From: Myxococcales bacterium
GTDB taxonomy: Bacteria; Myxococcota_A; UBA9042; JABWCM01; BTVJ01
Direction: 5' to 3'
Assembly: GCA_045863395.1 (NCBI GenBank)
Contig: BTVJ01000061.1
Span: forward strand, 1 to 43,448
DNA length: 43,448 nucleotides
How positions within the stretch are numbered: position 1 is the stretch's first letter; each line of letters opens with the position of its first letter. A program made the position numbers and the translations under genes. The notes beneath the pieces were generated by a model that had not been told where the DNA came from, made no database searches, and was given only the letters and a program-made list of their open reading frames with translations. Of this stretch, positions 1 through 9,467 are shown in pieces.

Positions 1-1
1 C

Positions 2-3000
2 GACGCGGACAACTGCACCGGCACCGTCTGCCCTGACACGGCCAACGCCTGCATGGTCGACGTGTGCGTCCCGGAGACCGGCCTCTGCGGCGTGCCCGTG
101 CCCAACGGCACGGGCTGCGACGCGGACGGCGACGGCTGTACGGTGGGCGACGCCTGCGACGCCGGCACCTGCATCGCCGGGCCGGCCCCCGACTGCACAG
201 GCCAAGACGACCAGTGCAACACGGGCGTCTGCGCCTCCACGGGCAGCGACAGCTACCTGTGCGTCAAGGATCCGGCCCCCCACGAGGGCGCCGGCTGCGA
301 CGACGGCCTGCACTGCACCGAGGTCGACACCTGCTCCGCGGGCGCCTGCGCCGGCGTCGCGATCATCTGCCCCGACGACGGCAACGAGTGCGTGACGGAC
401 GTCTGCGTCCCGGCGACGGGCCTCTGCGGCGTGCCGGTGGCCAACGGAACCTCCTGCGACGCCGACGCGAGCGGCTGCACCGTGGCCGACCAGTGCGACG
501 CAGGCACGTGCATCGCCGGGCCGGCCCCGGACTGCTCCGCCGAGGACGACCAGTGCCACCTCGGCACGTGCTCCTCGACGGGCGCCGAGTCGTACGTCTG
601 CGTGAAGGCGAGCGGTCCGAAGGACGGGTTCGCCTGCGACGACGGCCTGAACTGCACCCACACCGACACCTGCGCGGGCGGCACGTGCGCGGGCGCCCCG
701 GTGGTCTGCCCCGACGACGGCGACCCCTGCACCACGGACATCTGCGTCCCGGCGACGGGCGCCTGTGGCACCAACGCCCCGAACGGGACGCCGTGCGACG
801 ACGGGGAGGCCTGCACCCTGCCAGACCTCTGCACCGCTGGCGTCTGCGGCAGCACCACGGTCCCGGAGTGCGAGGACCCGCAGGCGGGCCTCGTGTGCCT
901 CCTGTCGGGCAACGCAGGCGAGCTGGTGAACTGCGACATCAACATCGCGCGGACCGCGCAGGGCGACGAGCCTGCAGTCGGCATCCAGATGGCGCTCTCC
1001 TACGACGTGGGCGCTACGCTCGTCCGCTTCCAGGACGGCGAGATGTGCTTCCCCGGGTTCGGCTGCACTCCGTGGACCATCCCCGACACCGCGCAGTCCC
1101 TCCAGTCGGGGCACACCGTGTCACTCAAGCCGGCAGACATCGCCACGTGGCAGGGCGGCGGCTCTCTCCTCCTGTCCAACCTCGCGAACCCGTCGACGCC
1201 CCTCAGCGACGCGTACTTCGCGGGGCCGACCATCGTGAACGACCCGTTCCTCATCACGGCGACCTTCGAGCTTTCGACGAACGTGTCCGTCAACGACCCC
1301 ATCAAGGTCTATGCGAGCGGGCTCGTGGCCTCCGACAAGTACGCGCTGACCCAGAGCGTCGACACGTTCTACATGGTGCTCCGGACCACGCCCGTCGAGC
1401 CGCCCTGCGTCTCAGACGCGGCGTGCGCCGCCAGCATGACGGTGCCCCCCTGCAAGGCGGCGAAGTGCTTCACGGGTGTGTGCATCCTGGAGGACGCGCC
1501 GAATGGGGGCGCCTGCGACGACGGGGACACGTGCACGACCAGCGATACCTGTACCGCGGGTGTGTGCGCGGGGACGGCGATCCCCGGCTGCTTCGCCGGG
1601 TGCGGCGACGGCACCTGCCAGGCGAACGAGAGCTGCGAGACCTGCCCGGCCGACTGCGGGGAGTGTCCCGAGTGCTTCGGAGACGACGACTGCGCCGACT
1701 TCAACGCCTGCACGTCGGACACCTGCGACCTGGGCGTGGGCTGCGTGTTCACCCCCATCTCCTGCGACGACGCCGATGCCTGCACCGCCGACTCCTGCAA
1801 CCCCGCCACCGGCTGCGCCAATGCGCCGGTGTCCTGCAATGACGGTGATGCCTGCACTGCGGACTCATGCGACCCCGGGACCGGCTGCGACAACGCTCCT
1901 ATCTCGTGCGACGACGGCACCGTGTGCACCGTGGACTCGTGCAACCCCGCCACCGGCTGCGACAACGCTCCGATCTCGTGCGACGACGGAAGCGTCTGCA
2001 CGGCGGATTTCTGCCACCCGGAGACCGGCTGCGAGAACGTGGCGGCCGACTGCGGTGACGGAGACGCCTGCACGACGGACTCCTGCCACCCCGTCACCGG
2101 CTGTGCCAACGCGCCGATCACCTGTGACGACGGCGACCCGTGCACGACCGACTCGTGTGATGTGGTGCTGGGCTGCGTCTTCACGCCGTCGTGCGCCGGG
2201 CCCGGGGTCCTGGTGATCAACGAGGTGGACTACGACCAGCCGGGCACGGACACGACCGAGTTCATCGAGATCTACAACCCGGGCCCCGGTGCGGCAGACC
2301 TCACCCGGTGGAAGGTCGAGCACATCAACGGCGCCGGCGGCGCACTCATCTGGTCGGTGAACCTGTCCAGCGGCGGCGCCTCCCTTCCCGAGGGAGGCTA
2401 CCTCGTGATCGGCGCGCAGGTGGTGCTGGACGCCGTCCCAACGGGGGTCCTGAAGGTGCTGCTCCCGGTCGGCGCAATCCAGAATGGCGCACCGGATGGC
2501 GCACGCCTGATGCTGGACAACGCGTTCTTCGGAGGGCTCGCCTGGGAGGGCACCATGCCGGGTACTGGCGAGGGCACGTCCGGTGGGGAGGACCCGTCCA
2601 CGGGCGTGGGCTCCCTGTCCCGCTGCCCGAATGGCGTCGACACCCACGACAACGGGGCGGACTTCCTGCCGCTCACCACCGTCACGCCCGGCGAGGCCAA
2701 CGCCTGCCCGGTGCCGCCCGTGACCTTCGCCAGCGTGAGCCCCATCTACCAGACCTACTGTACGCCGTGTCACTCTACGATGTCGTTCGGTGCCCATAAC
2801 ATCGCATCGAGCAACGTGAGCATCGGCTACGCCGACTCCCAGCTCGCCTCGTACTACCTGCCCGGCGAGACCAAGGGCGCGGCGACCCTCGCCCGCATCC
2901 AGGACGGCTCCATGCCGCAGGGCGCCGGCTGCACCGGCGACCCGACCCTCGACGCCGGGAACCCGGCCTGCCTGACGCAAGAAGAGCAGGACGCCATCGA

Positions 3001-3031
3001 GGCCTGGATCCTCGACGGCCAGCTCCCGTAG
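2..3031 (+). CDS. Large Cys-rich repeat extracellular protein (5'-truncated) with a cohesin-like beta domain, lamin-tail domain and C-terminal monoheme cytochrome c domain
   Basis: Frame is open from position 2 (DADNCTGTVC...). CDDGxxCTxDxC repeats; non-Cys beta-rich block (LVCLLSGNAGELVNCDINIAR...); LTD signature LVINEVDYDQPGTDTTEFIEIYN; C-terminal CTPCH heme motif with a distal MP. Confidence 0.8.
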   Translation, partial: DADNCTGTVCPDTANACMVDVCVPETGLCGVPVPNGTGCDADGDGCTVGDACDAGTCIAGPAPDCTGQDDQCNTGVCASTGSDSYLCVKDPAPHEGAGCDDGLHCTEVDTCSAGACAGVAIICPDDGNECVTDVCVPATGLCGVPVANGTSCDADASGCTVADQCDAGTCIAGPAPDCSAEDDQCHLGTCSSTGAESYVCVKASGPKDGFACDDGLNCTHTDTCAGGTCAGAPVVCPDDGDPCTTDICVPATGACGTNAPNGTPCDDGEACTLPDLCTAGVCGSTTVPECEDPQAGLVCLLSGNAGELVNCDINIARTAQGDEPAVGIQMALSYDVGATLVRFQDGEMCFPGFGCTPWTIPDTAQSLQSGHTVSLKPADIATWQGGGSLLLSNLANPSTPLSDAYFAGPTIVNDPFLITATFELSTNVSVNDPIKVYASGLVASDKYALTQSVDTFYMVLRTTPVEPPCVSDAACAASMTVPPCKAAKCFTGVCILEDAPNGGACDDGDTCTTSDTCTAGVCAGTAIPGCFAGCGDGTCQANESCETCPADCGECPECFGDDDCADFNACTSDTCDLGVGCVFTPISCDDADACTADSCNPATGCANAPVSCNDGDACTADSCDPGTGCDNAPISCDDGTVCTVDSCNPATGCDNAPISCDDGSVCTADFCHPETGCENVAADCGDGDACTTDSCHPVTGCANAPITCDDGDPCTTDSCDVVLGCVFTPSCAGPGVLVINEVDYDQPGTDTTEFIEIYNPGPGAADLTRWKVEHINGAGGALIWSVNLSSGGASLPEGGYLVIGAQVVLDAVPTGVLKVLLPVGAIQNGAPDGARLMLDNAFFGGLAWEGTMPGTGEGTSGGEDPSTGVGSLSRCPNGVDTHDNGADFLPLTTVTPGEANACPVPPVTFASVSPIYQTYCTPCHSTMSFGAHNIASSNVSIGYADSQLASYYLPGETKGAATLARIQDGSMPQGAGCTGDPTLDAGNPACLTQEEQDAIEAWILDGQLP
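59..760 (+). repeat. 339-bp (113-aa) tandem repeat inside the Cys-rich gene
   Basis: D(V/I)CVP motif recurs at 59, 398 and 737 (339-bp period); the two full units align closely. Confidence 0.85.
1690..2190 (+). repeat. About seven 72-bp (24-aa) Dictyostelium-type Cys repeats
   Basis: Tandem CDD(G/A)xxCTxDSCxPxxGCxNxPIS units. Confidence 0.8.
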
Positions 3032-3046
3032 GGGGCAGAGAGAGGA

Positions 3047-3079
3047 GCTCCCGGCTCATCGAGTGGATGTTCCGGGAGC
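3047..3079. terminator. GC-rich hairpin between convergent genes, possible bidirectional terminator
   Basis: GCTCCCGG-ct-CATC-gagtg-GATG-tt-CCGGGAGC inverted repeat; no U-tract. Confidence 0.4.
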
Positions 3080-3132
3080 GGCACCGCCCACCCGTCGCTC
3101 CTTCAGGAGCAGGTCGCCCCCCCCGTGACCCG

Positions 3133-5076
3133 TCAGCGCACGACCTGAAGCCGCGCGCGCGTCTGGGGCGACAGCGCCTCCAGGCTGCGCCGCGTGAGCG
3201 ATGGCAGGCTCGCGAACAACACCTCGACGTCCTCGACGGGGACCGGTCGGCTCAGCCCGTAGCCCTGAAGCAGGTTGCATCCCAGGTCCGTGAGGATGGC
3301 GAGCTGGGCCGTGGTCTCCACGCCCTCGGCGACCACCTCCAGCCCCAGGGTGCGCGCCAGCCCGATGACGCCCTTGACCAGCGCCCGCTCCTGCTGGTCG
3401 TCCTCGATGTTCTTCAGGAACTCCGGGTCCAGCTTCACCCGGTCGAAGGGGTAGCGGCGCAGGCAGGAGAGCGACGAGTAGCCAGTGCCGTAGTCGTCCA
3501 GCGCGACCGAGAGCCCCATGGCCCGCACCGCGTGGATGAAGCGGAGCGTCTGCTGCGGATCGTCCATGGTCGCCGACTCGGTGATCTCCAGCTCCAGCAG
3601 CGACGGGTCGATGCCCGTCTCCTCCAGGGCGGCGGTGATGGCGGGGATCAGGCTGTCCGACTGGATCTGCCGCAGCGAGAGGTTCACCGACACCCGAGGA
3701 ACGGGGATGCCCTTGCGGGTCCACAGGCGCACCTGGCGGCAGGCTTCGAGGATTACCCACTCCCCGATGGGCACGATCAGTCCGCACTCCTCCGCGACGG
3801 GGATGAAGCGGGCAGGCGACACCAGCCCGAGCTCCGGCGACCGCCACCGCACGAGCGCCTCGACGGCCTCGACCAGGCCGGACTGTGCCTGGATCAGCGG
3901 CTGGTAGTAGAGGATCAGCTCGCCGCGGTCCAGCGCCCTGACGAGCCGGGACTTGGTCTCCATGGCGTCGGAGAGTCGGCTGTCCAGAGCCTGGGTGAAG
4001 ACCTTGACCTGGTTTCGCCCGCTCTCTTTGGAGTGGTACATGGCCAGATCGGCATTTCGCACCAGCAGCAAGGGGTCGGTGCCGTCGTGGGGCGCGACCG
4101 AGACGCCGACGCTCCCGCTGACCTGCACCTGCCGCTCCCGCAGGATGGCGGGCTGGCGCACTGCCTCGCTGATGCGGTTGGCGATGACCACGGCCTCCGC
4201 CGGGTCGTCCAGGCGCGCCAGCAGCACCAGGAACTCGTCGCCGCCCTGGCGCGCCACCGTGTCGCCACCGCGGACGCATGAGCGGAGGCGCCAGGCCACC
4301 TCCCGCAGCAGGTCGTCGCCCACGTCGTGGCCATAGGTGTCGTTGACGGCCTTGAACTCGTCCAGGTCGATGAACAGCACGGCGGTGCACTCGCCGCTGC
4401 GCTGCGCCTGTGCCAGGGCCGTCATGAGCTGGTCCTGGAAGAACAGCCGGTTCGGGAGCCCCGTGACCACGTCGTGGTAGGCGAGGTACTCCACGCGCGC
4501 CGCCGCCTCCCGCTGCGCCGTCACGTCCCGCGCCGTGATGCAGGACAGCACGTGTCTCACACCGTCCACGCGACGGACGGAGAGCTCCAGCACCCGGTGG
4601 GTCCCCTCTGGAGTGACGACGCTCAGGTCGGCGTGCTCTGGCTGGGTCGCCCGGATCAGGCTGTCCATGAGCCGCTCGGGACCCGACAGCACGTCCCGGA
4701 GGGAGTCGTTCGCCCCCTCCCCGGGTGCACGCCCCACGAGCGACGCGAGGGTCGCGTTCATGCCGAGGACCCTGCCCGTGCCCACCTCGCAGATGAGCAG
4801 TCCGTCGCTCGACTGGCTCAACAGCGTCTCGAAGAGGCGCCTGTCCTCCCGCTGGGCCAGCTCCCGCCGCACTATGGCGAGCACGATGGCCCACGTGGTC
4901 AGGCCAAGGGCTACCCCCAAGGCGAGGACGACCCCCACCCGGACCCACGGGCCACCGCTCCCCCGAACGCCGAGGAGGTCCCCCTCCACCAGCACCCACG
5001 TGGCTGCATGCGCCACGGTGACGGCCGCCATCACGGCGCCGGCCGCCGCGGCTTTCCTCCGCCTCCCGAACCCCAT
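3133..5076 (-). CDS. Membrane-anchored PAS-GGDEF-EAL diguanylate cyclase/phosphodiesterase
   Basis: Two N-terminal hydrophobic segments, a PAS domain, DLDEFKAVNDTYGHDVGD, RQGGDEF, EAL, ELEITES and DDYGTGYSS motifs. Start set at ATG 5076, which follows a GGAGGG SD. Confidence 0.93.
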   Translation of the reverse strand: MGFGRRRKAAAAGAVMAAVTVAHAATWVLVEGDLLGVRGSGGPWVRVGVVLALGVALGLTTWAIVLAIVRRELAQREDRRLFETLLSQSSDGLLICEVGTGRVLGMNATLASLVGRAPGEGANDSLRDVLSGPERLMDSLIRATQPEHADLSVVTPEGTHRVLELSVRRVDGVRHVLSCITARDVTAQREAAARVEYLAYHDVVTGLPNRLFFQDQLMTALAQAQRSGECTAVLFIDLDEFKAVNDTYGHDVGDDLLREVAWRLRSCVRGGDTVARQGGDEFLVLLARLDDPAEAVVIANRISEAVRQPAILRERQVQVSGSVGVSVAPHDGTDPLLLVRNADLAMYHSKESGRNQVKVFTQALDSRLSDAMETKSRLVRALDRGELILYYQPLIQAQSGLVEAVEALVRWRSPELGLVSPARFIPVAEECGLIVPIGEWVILEACRQVRLWTRKGIPVPRVSVNLSLRQIQSDSLIPAITAALEETGIDPSLLELEITESATMDDPQQTLRFIHAVRAMGLSVALDDYGTGYSSLSCLRRYPFDRVKLDPEFLKNIEDDQQERALVKGVIGLARTLGLEVVAEGVETTAQLAILTDLGCNLLQGYGLSRPVPVEDVEVLFASLPSLTRRSLEALSPQTRARLQVVR

Positions 5077-5267
5077 TGGTCCCTCCGGCTCCTGGTGCCT
5101 GGTGTTCGCACGACCCGCATCGGGCCCAGCCATCGCTCGACCGTGCCCTGATCGGCCGCGGGGCGACGCACCTTGAGCCTTCATTCGAGGCTTGCGGCGC
5201 GCCACCGCGCGACTTTGTTGTCCTCAAGCGCTCTTCGTCGGGCGCCACCCATGCGCGGAGGTGTCCC

Positions 5268-5786
5268 ATGCTGCGGTGGACTGTTGTTCTGGTGGCTCTT
5301 GCGCTGTGCGCCGCGTGCTCGACCATCGACGCCGATGAGGCTGAGCCGCGGCTGACGCCCCTCGCCCAGTGGGGCGACCTCACGGACCAGGCCTGCGCCC
5401 CGTACTGGCAAGCATCCATGGAGTCCTGCCAGCCAGCCGTCGAGTGCCCCGAAGGGATGGTGGCGGTCTGTGGCTTCAAGCTGACCATGCCCATCGGCTG
5501 CGGGGGCTATGACTTCGGCTGCGGCAAGACGGGCCAGATGGCCCCGGTCGAGTGCTGTAGCGCGCAGGTGTGTGCCGACTGCCGGTGCGACAGCCCCGGC
5601 GAGGTCTGCGGCAACCTGCTCGACGACGACATGGACGGAGCCACCGACGAGGACTGCCCCGCCGTGCTCCAGTACGTCCCGGACCTCCCGGGCCTCCGCC
5701 CGGAGGGTGACCCCCCTGCCCCGCTGCCCATCAAGGTGCCGCACGGGGTGCTGATGCCGCTCCCCAAGGTCCCGAACGGGGGCTGA
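5268..5786 (+). CDS. Small Cys-rich lipoprotein with a MopE-like putative metal-binding motif
   Basis: ATG 5268 after GGAGGT; lipobox-like LCAAC; EVCGNLLDDDMDGATDEDC motif. Confidence 0.7.
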   Translation: MLRWTVVLVALALCAACSTIDADEAEPRLTPLAQWGDLTDQACAPYWQASMESCQPAVECPEGMVAVCGFKLTMPIGCGGYDFGCGKTGQMAPVECCSAQVCADCRCDSPGEVCGNLLDDDMDGATDEDCPAVLQYVPDLPGLRPEGDPPAPLPIKVPHGVLMPLPKVPNGG

Positions 5787-5865
5787 TCCGGACGTTGTCA
5801 CCGGGAGCGTCTCCACCGCGGGATCTTTGTTCGCGCTGCTGTCACGGCGGCGTTACTCTGCCGTC

Positions 5866-6918
5866 ATGACCAGTTCACACACGAAAGCCCCCTCCTCCGC
5901 TGACCCCTCGTGGAGCATCTGGTGGCTCGCCTTCGGGTACTTCGCCGCCTACGTGCCCTATAGTGCGCTGACAAAGGCACTCTCGGACGGCCTGCTGCCC
6001 GGCCTTCTGCCGATGAGCGGCTTCGCCATCCTCCCCGCCGCGACGTTTGCCTCCATGGTCGGGATGGTGGCGTTCCTCTCCGCTGCGCGCTGGTGGCGCC
6101 ACGCGACCCAGTGGCGCGTGGGCTCCATCAGCCTGCCCGTCCCGACGCGGTGGACCTTGGCGTCGGGGCTCTGCACGGCGACCATCGTGGCGACGACCAC
6201 CCTCGCCTACACCTTCGAGGGCGTGTCCATCGTGTTCGTCATGCTGCTGATGCGCGGCGGGCTGCTGATGATCGCCCCGTTGGTGGACGCCGTGGCAAGG
6301 CGACGCGTGCGCTGGTTCTCCTGGGCGGGGCTGGCGATGAGCCTCAGCGCCCTCCTCGTCGCCTTCAGCGAGACCGAGAGCTACGCGATCACTGTGGTCT
6401 GCGTCGTCGACATCGCCGCGTACCTGGCAGCCTACTTCATCCGGCTGCGCTTCATGAGCCGCCTCGCGAAGTCGGTGGACGGCAGCGCCAACCGGCGCTA
6501 CTTCGTCGAGGAGCAGCTCGTGGCCACCCCGGCCGTGATGGTTGCGCTGGCGCTGGGAGCGCTCCTCGGGCAGGACGCCTACGCCGCCGAGGTGCGCCGC
6601 GGCTTCACCGAAATCTGGGCGACCGGCGCCCTGATCCCGGCTCTCGTCATCGGGCTCTTCTCGCAGGGCACGGGCATCTTCGGCGGGCTGATCCTCCTCG
6701 ACAGCCGGGAGAACACCTTCTGCGTGCCCGTCAACCGCTCGTCTAGCATCCTGGCCGGTGTGCTGGCCTCGTTCTCGGTGGCCTGGTTCGCCGAGCGCCC
6801 CACGCCCAGCGACGCGGAGCTGATCGGAGCCGGGCTGATCATCGGCGCCATCCTGTTCTTGACCATCCCGCCCATGCTCGAGAAGCGCTCCCGCGCGCTC
6901 CGCGCCCAGCAGGTGTGA
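5866..6918 (+). CDS. Polytopic membrane protein (about 10 TM), possibly DMT/EamA-like transporter
   Basis: Long series of hydrophobic helices and GC-rich codon usage. Family not certain. Confidence 0.7.
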   Translation: MTSSHTKAPSSADPSWSIWWLAFGYFAAYVPYSALTKALSDGLLPGLLPMSGFAILPAATFASMVGMVAFLSAARWWRHATQWRVGSISLPVPTRWTLASGLCTATIVATTTLAYTFEGVSIVFVMLLMRGGLLMIAPLVDAVARRRVRWFSWAGLAMSLSALLVAFSETESYAITVVCVVDIAAYLAAYFIRLRFMSRLAKSVDGSANRRYFVEEQLVATPAVMVALALGALLGQDAYAAEVRRGFTEIWATGALIPALVIGLFSQGTGIFGGLILLDSRENTFCVPVNRSSSILAGVLASFSVAWFAERPTPSDAELIGAGLIIGAILFLTIPPMLEKRSRALRAQQV

Positions 6919-8295
6919 TCAGTCGAGGAAGCGGATGCGCTTGTGGATCTCCGTGTTCACGGACAGGTAGGGCTGGTGGAGGTGCGCCGGATCGAAGATC
7001 TGGGACCGCAGCCACTCCACGTCGTCGTGGCCCACGGCGTTGGTGAAGATCGAGGTCAGGTAGGCGACGCCCAGCGGTGACGGCTGCATGCGCTCCTCGT
7101 CGTAGAAGGACGGGTGCATGAGCCGGGAGTGGATGTTGCCCCAGCGGTCCCGCAGGCGGTTCGCCTCGATGCTGTCGACGCCATACCCGCGCTCCGGGGT
7201 CCACTGGAGCGTGGCCACGGCGTTGCGTTGCCCCTCCAGGAGCATGTCCACGGCCTTCCCGCCGAGCTGGGCCGCGTGGAACCGATCGAAGAGGATGGGC
7301 CGCCCGCCTCGCTGGGTGTGCCCCACCTGCCGCGCGAAGAACGCCGCCCTGGCGCTCTGGTTGCGGCGCCGCGAGGTGAAGTAGTCGTCGTCGAGCCGCT
7401 CGAGGAGCAGGCGCTTCACGGCCGCCGCCGCGCCGCCGTACTTGATGTTCCCCGCCGGATCGACCACCTGCGTCTCGGAGCCGAGGGGGCGTCCCTCCGC
7501 GTCCATGACACCCTCTGCCACCACGATGACCACATGCTTCTGGATGTCGTACAGCTCCAGGACCCGCGCCAGCAGGCGCTCCGGGTCCAAGGGAGACTCC
7601 GGCACCAGGATGATGTCCGGCTGGCCGTAGGCGGCCCCCAGCGCCAGAAACCCCGAGTGGCGGCCCATGACCTCGATGATGGCGATGCGGCGGTGGCTCT
7701 CGGCGGTGGTCCGGAGGCGCTGGATGCCCTGGGCGGACACGTACACCGACGTGGCGAAGCCCGGCGTCACGTAGTTGACCATGTCCTGGAGCCGCATGGC
7801 GCGGACGTGCTTGCGCCGCACCCGCATGGCGCCCGGGGCGGGGTTGGGCACCTCCTCCCAGTCCTGCGGCTCGGACATGTAATTGAGGCCCAGATCGTTG
7901 TCGATGGTCTTCGGCGCCAGCACCGCCGGGAAGTGGTCGGCGATGGCCTGGACGGCGTTGAGGGTCCCGTCGCCTCCGACGCAGATCACCCCCTCGATGC
8001 CGAGGCGCCCCAGCCGGTCCAGGATGCCCCCGATGGCCTCCTGGTCGTCGCCGTCCACGTAGTCGCGGGACGCCCCGAGCACCGTGCCGCCGATGGTCGG
8101 GTCCAGCTCCGGGATGGTCTGGAACAGCGGGTTGAGGCGCACGCTCGGGCAGCGAGGGTTCAGCAGGGAGTTGAAGCCCTTGATCAGCCCGACCACCTCG
8201 ACGCGGCGGGCATTGGCGCGGGTGACCGCGCCGTGGAGGGTGGCGTTCAGCGCGGGCGTGTCGCCGCCCGCGGTCAGGATCGCGATGCGCTTCAT
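6919..8295 (-). CDS. pfkA: 6-phosphofructokinase family protein
   Basis: ILTAGGDTPALN, GGTVLG, GGDGT, PKTIDND, EVMGRHSG, VAEG and GHTQRGG motifs. Confidence 0.92.
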   Translation of the reverse strand: MKRIAILTAGGDTPALNATLHGAVTRANARRVEVVGLIKGFNSLLNPRCPSVRLNPLFQTIPELDPTIGGTVLGASRDYVDGDDQEAIGGILDRLGRLGIEGVICVGGDGTLNAVQAIADHFPAVLAPKTIDNDLGLNYMSEPQDWEEVPNPAPGAMRVRRKHVRAMRLQDMVNYVTPGFATSVYVSAQGIQRLRTTAESHRRIAIIEVMGRHSGFLALGAAYGQPDIILVPESPLDPERLLARVLELYDIQKHVVIVVAEGVMDAEGRPLGSETQVVDPAGNIKYGGAAAAVKRLLLERLDDDYFTSRRRNQSARAAFFARQVGHTQRGGRPILFDRFHAAQLGGKAVDMLLEGQRNAVATLQWTPERGYGVDSIEANRLRDRWGNIHSRLMHPSFYDEERMQPSPLGVAYLTSIFTNAVGHDDVEWLRSQIFDPAHLHQPYLSVNTEIHKRIRFLD

Positions 8296-8330
8296 TCGTC
8301 GGTCGTGGCCTCCGTGGGGTTGCGGCGCCC

Positions 8331-8360
8331 ACTATAGGCCCGATGGGGGGCGGGTTGCCA
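8331..8360 (-). promoter_or_regulatory. Putative sigma70 promoter for pfk
   Basis: Minus strand TGGCAA-18 nt-TATAGT upstream of the pfk start. Confidence 0.45.
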
Positions 8361-8450
8361 GAGCTCCACGGGGAGCAGAGACGACCCAGGGTCTGGATTT
8401 TCTTGACGCGGGCCCCTGACACCCGGATGGTGCGCACAGCGGAGGTCCCC

Positions 8451-9392
8451 ATGGTCGAGTCGAGCATCCCCTTTGCCATCGGTGAGCAGGACGCCTTGCG
8501 CCCCCGGCTGCACGCGCACGCAGCGCTGGGGGTCGCCCCGCTGCCCCGGGCGCGCGTCGAGGGTCCCGGGCGCGACCGCCGGTTCCCCCTGCCCCAGTTC
8601 GAGGCGAGCATCCGCGGGCTGCGGACGGCGTTCTTCGACGGCGGGACCGGTCCCACCATCGTGTTCATCCACGGCCTCGCCGGTAACCTGACCCACTGGC
8701 TCCACGTGGCGCCGCGCTTCGCCGACCGCTTCCGCGTGGTGGGCCTCGACCTGCCCGGCTGCGGGGAGACGGAGGAGCCGCGCGGCTACAGCCTGCGGAG
8801 CTACGCCGAGCACGTGCGCGCCTTGATGGACCTGCTCGGCATCGAGCGCGCCACGCTGGTCGGTCACTCCATGGGCGGCATGGTGTCCACGGACTTCGCG
8901 CTCCAGACCCCAGAGCGGGCCGACCGCATCGTCCTCGTCAACCCCGCTGGCTTCCACCCGCTGCCGCGACTGCTCCGGCTGGGGGGCGAGGTGGTGCTGC
9001 GGGAGGGGCTGCTCAACCGGGTGCTGCCGTCCGTGTGGCGGGGTATCCTCCACAACGTGTTCTGCGAGCCCTCGGAGCACACCGAGGCGTTCATGCACAT
9101 GGTCCGCGAGACCTACCGCGACGAGGACGTGTGGATGATCAGCCGCGTCATGGCCGGGCTGCGCAAGGATCTGCTGCACCGCAACTTCACGGCGATGCTG
9201 CCCGGCATGGACCTGCCGGTCTGGCTGATCTGGGGCGAGAAGGACCGCCTCGTGCCCGCGCGGGTGTTCCACAGGGCCGCAAGGCGCCTGCCGCACGTGA
9301 CCGTGTGCGAGGTGCCGCGGTGCGGCCACATGCCGATCATCGAGAAGCCGCACACGGTCGTCGACTTCCTGGAGCGGGCCGTCGCGGGCTGA
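8451..9392 (+). CDS. Alpha/beta fold hydrolase
   Basis: FIHGLAG oxyanion motif, DLPGCG, GHSMGG nucleophile elbow, WGEKD, CGH. ATG 8451 follows GGAGG. Confidence 0.9.
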   Translation: MVESSIPFAIGEQDALRPRLHAHAALGVAPLPRARVEGPGRDRRFPLPQFEASIRGLRTAFFDGGTGPTIVFIHGLAGNLTHWLHVAPRFADRFRVVGLDLPGCGETEEPRGYSLRSYAEHVRALMDLLGIERATLVGHSMGGMVSTDFALQTPERADRIVLVNPAGFHPLPRLLRLGGEVVLREGLLNRVLPSVWRGILHNVFCEPSEHTEAFMHMVRETYRDEDVWMISRVMAGLRKDLLHRNFTAMLPGMDLPVWLIWGEKDRLVPARVFHRAARRLPHVTVCEVPRCGHMPIIEKPHTVVDFLERAVAG

Positions 9393-9418
9393 TGCCCGCC
9401 CCGCTCCCGGGGCCCGCC

Positions 9419-9446
9419 TTGACATCGCCCCCCGGTTCGCTATGGG
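9419..9446 (+). promoter_or_regulatory. Putative internal sigma70 promoter for acyltransferase-apaH-nth
   Basis: Perfect TTGACA, 16-nt spacer, weak -10 TATGGG. Confidence 0.4.
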
Positions 9447-9467
9447 TATCGGGCCAACTTCCACCTG

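Noticed and set aside
1690..2190. CRISPR array
   Set aside because: The repeats are degenerate, in-frame coding units without unique spacers, and no cas genes are present.
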